DNA of 64,000 nucleotides from Cycas panzhihuaensis (lineage: Eukaryota > Plantae > Cycadophyta): the NCBI GenBank assembly GCA_023213395.1, contig CM041465.1, forward strand, positions 124,503,741-124,567,740, written 5' to 3'. The position numbers and the translations under genes are program-made. Below are positions 54,647 to 64,000 of this stretch, piece by piece. The number at the start of each line of letters is the position of its first letter. The stretch's first letter is position 1. The notes under the pieces are model-generated. The model was not told where the DNA came from, did not search any database, and worked only from the letters and a program-made list of their open reading frames with translations.

Positions 54647-57600
54647 TGTTGGAAAAAATGTATAAGGAGTGTAGAGTAGAGTAGGTATGCAAATGCTAAT
54701 CCATCATGAGAAAATATAAGCAAAACATTGTATTGATCAAACCATCTTTAAAGAGTATAATAAATTTCCAAATATTGGTGGTGTCTAAAGACACCAAGGT
54801 TAGTCACCCTAGAAAATATATAGTTTGAGGGAGGAGAGAAACCTCCTCAACCTCCAAAATTTAAACAACATTAAAATAATACTTAAGTTAAACTTAATCT
54901 TACCTGACTTACCTTAATATGTGTACACTTATATGTGTAAAAGGTGGGAGTGGGGTGATGAACATTAACCCCAACATTCTCCTCCTCAATGGTCATTATC
55001 ATTATTCTTCATTTGTCCTTGAATTTATGGTACTTGTATTTGAAAATGACTTTGGTAACCAACATGCTTGATGAAGAAAATAACAACTTATATGGTCATT
55101 TTATCAACATTATACATTTCTTTAAAATCACATAGAGAGGGTAGCTTTTAGGTAGGTCTTGTTGATGTAGCTTGATGTGAAGGAATGAAAGTGCCTTTGT
55201 ATTGATCTTGGTCCTTCATTGGAGTTGAGTTCTTGATATATATCTTCATATCAAATGTAACATTAGAAATATTATTTTCAATGGAATCTAAATTAATACA
55301 AGAAATGTTAACCTTTTATTCATATGGTACCTGCTCTACCATCTACCTCATAAGAAAAGAGTCATCAATATAGTTAGTATAATTGAAATTAAGGGAATCT
55401 TCCCCATAAAGTGAATCCAATGTATTCCATACTTATTGGGATGTAGTCATATCTAAAATATTTGAAAATATATTATCATCTAAGCTACAAATTAGAAATG
55501 CAAAGGCTTCATTATCCTTTTTTAAGTCTTCTTTACTATTAAATTTATATCCATCCTTGATAAATGTCCAAAAGTTATTCGACATTGGACATTTATTGTG
55601 AATCATCTTCATTTCTTGAATAAAAGGAAGTAAAGTATATTGATCATTCTTTTCTCACACTCAGTGTGATTTTATAAAGTCTTTCATCATATTTTCATTT
55701 GAAAGCTCACCTAATGTCAAATAAGATAGTCTTCAATAAAAGAGTAATCTTCAAATGAAAATATGATGAAAGACTTTATAAAATCACAATGAGTGTGAGA
55801 AAAGAATGACCAATATACTTTACTTCTTTTTATTCAAGAAATGAAGATGACTCACAATAATTTTTTTAAGCAAGACAAAGTATGTATATGTCTCAAATGA
55901 AAAATGATACAAACTTTTATGGAATAGATATATGTTTCAAAATTTCTTCAAACCTCAATAAAGTAAGTAAATGAAATAATGATGCTTTTCTTCTTCAAGT
56001 AAACCAAAGAATATAAGCTACTATACAAACTAGTTCTTTCAACTTGATATATTTTGTAGAAATAAATAAGAAACTATATGCTCCTTTAATGCTTTGAAAT
56101 GCAAACTAGTTTTGAGACAAATAATTAATAAGATTTGCAACTAACTTTATATCTTTCAAATTGAATAAGAATTAAAGTCTTTAATAAAAAAAAAGATGAT
56201 TTCTTTATTAAATTATGCAAGATAATAAGAACGCCTAATTATTCCTTTATAGAGAAAAATAGTTATATGAAAACTTAAAAATTTTAAGTAGAACCTTTGC
56301 TCAAAGTAATAAAAATACCAAAAAGTTAGATGTATTCAATTGATAATGTAACAAATAAGATAGATTTAATATAGATTATACCCGTTTATCGATTTTGTAC
56401 TACTTAAGTTACTTAAAGCTCCAGGTACTGAAAATGATATCTCTTGGTTGCAAATAGCTTAAAAATATATACAAAGACCAATAATAACTCCAATAATTAA
56501 TTAGTAATAAATAAAAATTCAAATATAATTCTTTGAAATAATAAAATGCTTAAAAACTTTATAAAATAGACATATATAGGGATGAACAAGAAGCTTAAGT
56601 TGACTAGCTTTATAAAACTATAAAATGATGTCAAAATGTAATAAAACTAATTCTAACTTGTAGTGCATTGAAATAACTTTCCAACAAATCTAACAATTCA
56701 AAAACCAAAGTTGATATGATAAAGTTATTGCAGAAACTGTAAGTAGGCCTCTTTATTGCTAACAGCATAATAATTAAAAAAAGGGGTCACTTTGATTGAT
56801 TAAAACTTAGTTAAAATAATATCAAATTTATCAAGTAATGATTCCACACTATAGTGCCATGAAATATAGTCTCAATGAGACTAATTTTATTAAAACCTGA
56901 TATGCCAATGATGAGTTACACTATTAAATGTAACAATGTCCCTTTAAAGAAAAATACAAAGAAAACTTTAATAAAATAACATAGCCCCCTTTTAAAATTA
57001 GGGTGCACGATCAGATATGACTATTTTAAACCAAAACTTAGATATCAGTGAGGGAAGTAGACCTCAAACAACTAGGATATGGTTATCTATAGCTGAAGAC
57101 ACCTGAAGTGAAAGAGATCTCTTAAAAAACAAAGAAAAATTATCTCTTAAAAGGCTTAAGAAGCAGTTATATGGAAAGCAAACTGGGGGGCTAAAAGTAG
57201 AGGGGGTAAAGCCCTTTTAATACTAGATTTGAAATATTATAAATAATAATTAAATTACTTTAGCACCTTAATAAACTTTAGATATAAATTAACTTTGAAA
57301 TATATCAAAAAAATAATATGAAAAAATGTATTTTAAAGTTCCTATGGGTCACATGACTTGTGTGACAATGCAGAGGTGGAAATGATCCTAAACAGAGATG
57401 AAAATGCAATCATAGAGATGTAGATTGAAGTTTTAGAGTGTTATAGACTCAAATAAAGAGTCAAAATGAGTAAAAATAGATTAAAAACGATGATTTTTAG
57501 CTTGTTTGGAGAGGGCATATAATAACATAGACAAAGGACTAGGGAGGGATAAATCTAAGAATTAAGGAAAAATCTTGTCACAATAATCACTAGAAATCAA

Positions 57601-58557
57601 TTAGACATCTTCACACTTATCCATTGAAGAGAGATGCCCAGCTTAACAAGCCCAAAATATTAAAAAAATTTAAAAATTATTTGTTTTGAATGAAAAAATA
57701 GAGAAGAATTAAGGAAAAGCCTAGATACAAAGGTTCTGACAGCTCAAACTCCTTCTTGGATATACAAATCCTCACAAAACTTGAAATGTAGCTAGATATA
57801 TCTGGTGGCTTGAAGTTAGTAAATTTTCATGAGGAATGGTTGCTTGTAAAGTTAGAACAAGCCTCTAGACCAAAATAGGCTGAAAATAGATATACATTGG
57901 CTCCAAGAGCGATATCTCACAACACAATCAACGAAAAAGGGTGAAATCTTTACAGTAGTTAGACAACTCATCTGCAAGAATAAAAAATAGTCATATGCTA
58001 TTGTTATAAGTAGCATAGAAGGAGCATGAGCTGGTTCTAAATCAACGAAAAATAATTCCAAAAATGAATAATGGAGAAACAACATAATATAATGAAATAT
58101 TAAATAATATTATGGAATTTCTCTATAGTTTACAACCCGCAATTAAATAATATTACTTCATACCAAATAGCCATGGAGAATGTATCGTACATAATGTGAG
58201 TCCACTGAACCATGCTCTAATACCAAATGTTAGAAAAAATATACAAGGAGTGCAAAATAGAGTAGGTATGCAAATACTAATCCATCATATGAAAATATAA
58301 GCAAAACATTGTATTGATCAAGCCATCTTGAAAGAGTACAATAGATTTCCAAATATTAGTGATGTCTAAAGACACTAGGATTAGTCACCCTAGAAAATAT
58401 ATAGTTTGAGGGAGGAAGAAAACCTTCTCAACCTCTAAAATTTAAATAATATTAAAATAATACTTAAGTTAAATTTAACCTTACCTAGCTTACCTTAATA
58501 TGTGTGCACTCATATATACAAAAGGTAGGAGTAAGGTGATGAGCATTAACCTCAACA
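54647..58557 (-). mobile_element. Non-autonomous LTR element with gag remnant only (TR-GAG/LARD-like); LTRs 54647-54976 and 58228-58557
   Basis: 330-bp LTRs, PBS 58214-58225, PPT TGAGGAGGAGAA, TSD TGTAG/TATAG; gag N-terminal fragment FWTFIKDGY...KKDNEAFAFLICSLDDNIF...TTSQ*VWNTLDSLYG at 55397-55575; no pol motifs seen. Confidence 0.85.
55593..55860. repeat. Long inverted repeat (111-bp arms, 46-bp loop)
   Basis: 55593-55703 is the reverse complement of 55750-55860 with about 4 mismatches. Confidence 0.93.
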
Positions 58558-61500
58558 TATAGAAAAGGTCGATCTCACTATTTTACACATTTTCCCTAAT
58601 GAAATTGTGATGGAACTTAATGTGCTTGGTTCTTGCATAAAAAAATGGATTCTTAGTCATCTTAAGTATGCTTTAGTTATTTCAATATAATTTAGTGGGA
58701 TGATCTTATTCAAGTATAGGCTCACTAAGAATCCTACTTAGCTACATAGCCTCATATATTGCACTAGTTGTAACTTTGTACTCTACTTTCATGGAGGACA
58801 AAGTAACATTGGGTTGCTTTTTGAAACTCTATGAAATGACTTCTGATCCAAGGTTGAAACAATATCCCGAGGTCAATCTGTTATTATCCTAGCATCCTAC
58901 CTAATTAGAGTCTGAGAACCCTTCCAAAATAAAATTCTTATTATGTGTATAATAAAAGTCATATTGCAATGTACCTTTAAGATATATTAATATATATTTA
59001 GTTGCATTCTAATATTTCTAATTGGGTTGAGACATAAACCTATAGTAAATCCCAATTATAAATGAAAGATCTGGTATAGTATGAGTTAAATAAATTAGAC
59101 TACCCACTAGCTGTTAATATAATATGGGATTTGTTAGTGTTACTTTCTTATCAAGTGATAATTTTATACCATTTTTCATAGGTATATATGATGGTTTGTA
59201 GCCCTACATTCTAAATTAATATAAGATATACTAATTATATTTAGCTTGGGAAATAAAGATATGACCTGGTTGTTGTAATACCTCTATACGTAAAAATAAT
59301 GGTAAAGTCTAAGATCAATCATCTCAAAACTTCTCTTACGATTATTCTAGAGAACTTGTATCATATTAATATCACTCTTAATGATCACTAAATCATCAAT
59401 ATATAATATGAAAAAGACAACATGGTTATCCTTAACTTTTATATATAAGTTAGGGTCTAATGAAGATCGATGATATCCATGCCTAAAAAAATAATCATTA
59501 ATTTTTTAGTACCATGCTCTTAGGGCCTATTTTAAACCATATAATGTCTTTTTAAGGTAACACATTAAATGTTTTTTGCCATGTAAAATATAATGAAGAG
59601 ATTACTCTAAATATACCTCATCTTCAAGATTGTCATTGAGAAAAGCACTCTTTACATCCATTTAATAAATTAGCCACTTACATTAAGGAGTTAAGGCCAA
59701 TATTCATCTAATGGTATTCATGTTTACCATAAGTACGGATATCTCTTCATAATTAATGTCTTTTTTTATTTGAATCCCTTAGTAATTAATCGAGTCTTAT
59801 GATGTTTGATTGATCCATCAGATTTAAATTTTATTTTATAGATCTATTTATAACTAATTTCCTATTTGTTCTTATGTAATTCTATCAAATTTTGAGTTCC
59901 ATTCTTTTTATTAAAATAGATTTCTTCATCCATAGTAAGATTCCACATTTTATTTTTACATACCTCCTCAAAATTGGAAGGTGCATCTACATAAAGCACT
60001 TTAACTATAAGTGCACAATTGATTAATTACTATTGTATTTTTTATGGATATATATTTTTTAATTACTTAATTATCCTATATAGTTTGAGTGTACTATTTT
60101 AGTAACTTCATGGATGTAACTTAGACATCAACATCTTGGCCTTCTAATGGTTGATCAACAAAAGGGCTACAAGGGTTAAGAGGTGTTGATGATGTGGATA
60201 GAGCTGAAGTTGATGAAGAAGTAATAATAATAGAAGATGAGTATGGTATAGAAGATTATAAGGGAAGGAAATCATTGATAATCTATTTACCTTTATTAAG
60301 AGGAAGATAAATGGATGTTGGTTCCATCTCCTCATTATACTTAGTAGAGATTACATCTCTAGATATATGTATTTTCTTGGAAGTGAGATCATACACTCTA
60401 TGTGCTTTACTATTAATAAAGTAACCAAGGAAAATGCATTTTAGACTTTAATCGCTAAATTTCTTCCTTTACTATTAAGGAGTATGCATATAAATAGTCC
60501 ACCTGAAAGTTTTCAAATAGTTCACAGTTAGCTTTTCGCAAGACCAAGCCTCCTTTGGTATCATATTGGTGATTATGATAGTAGGGTTCCTATTAGCCAT
60601 ATAAATTGTTATATGAAATGCTTCTATCCAATAGGATAATAGAAGCCCTTTTACATGCATAATTTCTTTGGCTTTACTTGTTAAAGTCCTTTGCGTTCTC
60701 TTAGATACTCTATTTTATTGATGTATATATAGAGTAGTGAGTTACCTTTGATCATATGATCTCTATAAAACTAGTTAAACTCTCTTGATGTAAATTCATC
60801 TCTATTATTATATCGTAATATTTTAATGAGAATATCTACTTCATTTTCCATAGTAAGTTTGAATGATTAGAAAATTTTTAATATCTCAACTTTGTATTTA
60901 ATAAAATAAACTCAAACTTTATGTGAAAAATCAATAACAAAAATAATATAGTAAAGTTCTTATCAAAGAGATGGTGTGGATATAGGACCATGTAAATCTA
61001 TATGAACTAGTTGTAAGGGTTGAGATACATGCCATGCTTTGCCTTTAGGAAAAGACTCACAATGTTGTTTCCTATGATACATGCTTCATAAAGATATTTA
61101 GAAGCTAAAATCTTTGGAAGCCCATATACCATACTTTTATAAAACATCATTTTAATTTTGTCTAAGCTCAAGTAGCCTAATATTTTATGCCAAAGTTATT
61201 CTTTAGTCATTGACTGCATGACAAAATATGTAGGAGAAGTATCGAGTGTTATATTCAAAGCATCTAATTTATAAAGGCTGTGTTATTCATGACCAATGAT
61301 AAACACTTAATCATTTCTATCACTAATTATACATTTCCCACATTTGAATAATACATTCATCTATTATTTATCTAACTAACTAATAAATAGAAGAGTTTTA
61401 TACATTAAAGGCACAAAGTAAGTATCACTTATGGGAAATGTTGAAGTAAGGCAATATGGAGAGTAAAAGAAGGTAATTTTACCTACTCTAGATATCTGCA

Positions 61501-64000
61501 TAGTCTCATTATTTCCAAATGTAATTATTTTTCCTCTTCCTTCTTTAATATCATAGAGTAAGTTTGTATCACTAGTCATATGATAAGATGCTCTTGAATC
61601 AGTAATCTAGGTCTTATTACTTTGTATGGTATGATAAGTATAAAATAGTTTACCTTCATTGTTAGTAAATTAATTAATGTGATATTTATTACCATTCCTA
61701 AATCCCCCTTCCTCTATGACCTCCTTGAAATCCACCTCAATTTGGTTTAATAGGGGGTTATTATTATTATTATTACAACCATTATATTTATTATTATTAT
61801 TGTGATTGGTGTTAATGCTATTACTGCATGTTGAACTAATACTTTTAACATTTTAGTTGAATATGGTTCTTTTTGCTATAATAATAGCAAATAACATTTA
61901 CTTTTGATGTGCTAATATTCAAGTTCCTAAACTATTTATTGATGTTTATTTTGGGAGTTTATTTTCCTTTCTACTTGGTCGTGAATGCACCTAATGTAAA
62001 TGTCTCACCTTGATGAGAGTAGATTTATTCCTCTTATAGTAAAACACTTTCAAGTTCATTGAAAGTCATTACACCAAGTGTGTCTTCTCATATGATCAAA
62101 AAGATGAAGTTATTATACTCCCTTGCTTATGCATGAAGTGTGGTAGTCACAAGGTTATCTTTTAAAGCTGGTTTCCCAAGTATGGTTAACTCATTATTGG
62201 TCTTTTTGATGGAGGACAAAAATATTATTATAGACTCAATATATCTCAAAGTGAACTACTTGGATTGTATTATTATAATGTAAGCATCATCTTGCCTTTT
62301 GTATAATATAATTAATATATCCCAAGCTTCTTTAAAAGTATAAGCACATGTAGTGTTTTGATCAACAATAAAATCTACAATCATATGAAGAAATGCTAAG
62401 GCTATTTCATCCTTAGCTTCCCAAGTATCAATTAAAGTAGGATCCAAATAAATGATTACATTTCTTTTAGTTGGACTTTTAACAATAATATGTTTAGGAT
62501 TTTTTCCAAATATATATGCCTAAAATTCATTCATAATCAATAATTTTTTTATTTGTTTCTTCCACTCTTGGAAGTTATCTTGACCTTTTAACTTGATAGC
62601 ACATGCATTAAGCATATTAATAGTAGCTATAATGTTAAAGTTGATTAAAAATGCTCTTGAAGCTAGTAGATAACTTGGAGGCTTAATGCTTTTATTGCTT
62701 AAGTTCCACTTTATAATACAATAATAGCCCTAATCTTATAAAGAAGATCTAATACCTAAAGAGACTGATGAGAGATGAAGGGTTATGCAATGAGTTACTC
62801 TAACCTTTATCTTTCAAATAGATACAATAATTGGCCAAGCTAAATTTAGAATAAGCTAGGTAAAGTTTATCTACACAATATACAATACTTTCCCTAGAGT
62901 TTAGAGCTCTAATAACACCTTTTTCAAACCTCCTTTTTTCTAAGAATGATCTCAATTATCATGTATTAACTGTATGGTTAATTAGTCCCCTAGGGAGTGC
63001 ACTAAGCTTGAGATATTGAGGTAATGTTTGAACCTTTTCCTAGCCCATCTAATAAATATTTTAAGCAATTTTTAAGGGTTTAAGTTGATTAAGATAAATT
63101 AGTTAAGTATGATGATATTACTACTTTACAAATGCTTGAATAAACTTGATATAAAGACTTAAAAAATAAGCTATTTAAGTGATAAACTAAATACTTTAAG
63201 TGTTTTACAAAGAGCACTTAAAAAATTAAAAGGTACCAAATATCAAATAAAATGATGCTTGCTTATTTGTTACGCTTAAAGTGGGTTCATTTTAAAGTGA
63301 AAAAATAACCACTAAATGCCACTTTTAATCATGTGCACCAAAAGAACATAGCACCATGATAATGTAGGACTTCAAATAGTCTTAACTCACTCCAACATAA
63401 GTATTTTTTAATTAAAAAAATGATTTTTTTATGCCCTTTTCAATGACTGGGGGACAAAGGATACCTTGCAGGGAGCCTTAAAACACTTGTATGACATGAA
63501 GTTTTTAATAATAAGTATAAAAGATATCTAAAATCACTTATTTTTGAGTTACATAATATACTTAAATTTTTTTTAATGTGTTACTAAACTAAAAACAATG
63601 AAAAAGTGAGTGTTTGGCTTACAAATAATGAAATATTATTAAAACCACGCTTAAAAAGTAAATTTTATATAAATAAGATTTATTAAAAATAAAATATTTA
63701 AAGAATATTCTTATTTTAATAACCTAGAGTCGAATTACAAAGTCAAAAAAGGTTTTTTTTTTAAAATGTGATGAGTGGGCAATAATTAAGCAAAAATGCA
63801 AATGCTTAGCTGATGATATCTTCTCACTCAATGATCGATTCAACTTGAAATTTTAGGGGATACCATGCTAGGTGCTAATGATGTAGCTTAAGTTTCATGG
63901 TGTTTCATTGAGTGTTGAGTGAATATAGAGTAGAGGAGGTCAATAGAAGGTACATGGATAGTTGAGAATAAATTAGACAATTGCCACTTCAATACTTAAT

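Larger units (their letters stand above)
54010..62917 (-). mobile_element. Decayed Copia element (gag-PR-INT-RT-RH), split in RNase H; outer boundaries uncertain
   Basis: IKLKGQDNFQEWKK gag, TDSRASYHMT protease, LVHIDLHGP integrase, RT motifs, RTKHIKFHHNFIRENV...|...DIFTKPLG RNase H across the insertion; degenerate PBS at 62906-62917. Confidence 0.8.

Noticed and set aside
62918-64000. AT-rich, DNA-transposon-like sequence (similar texture at 5200-5466 and 10140-11000)
   Set aside because: No TIR, TSD or transposase motif could be identified.

Overview
Plant nuclear DNA, AT-rich and CpG-depleted with heavy C>T/G>A decay, as expected of a large methylated genome (probably a non-angiosperm vascular plant; inference). 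Most of the window is nested, decayed retrotransposons: two related Athila/Tat-like Gypsy elements sharing an extra 3' ORF (1.8-10.1 kb), orphan LTRs, an old LINE, a full-length L1 (29979-52476) split by a tandem three-LTR Tork/Tnt1-like Copia (35079-51342) that itself holds a chromovirus Gypsy (43032-49307), and a Copia remnant (54.0-62.9 kb) split by a pol-less, gag-remnant LTR element carrying a 111-bp-arm hairpin. A 4-kb compound (TA)n microsatellite occupies 22511-26531. The only host gene is on the minus strand: exons 1-3 of an F-box-like/RCC1-repeat protein resembling Arabidopsis At3g15430. It has an intact 50-codon upstream ORF (15681-15529), probably the conserved-peptide regulatory uORF of this family, behind a CpG/ACGT-rich promoter. 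No intact exon 4 was found in the window. All coordinates, alignments and identities were read by eye; family assignments come from recalled motifs, not database searches.
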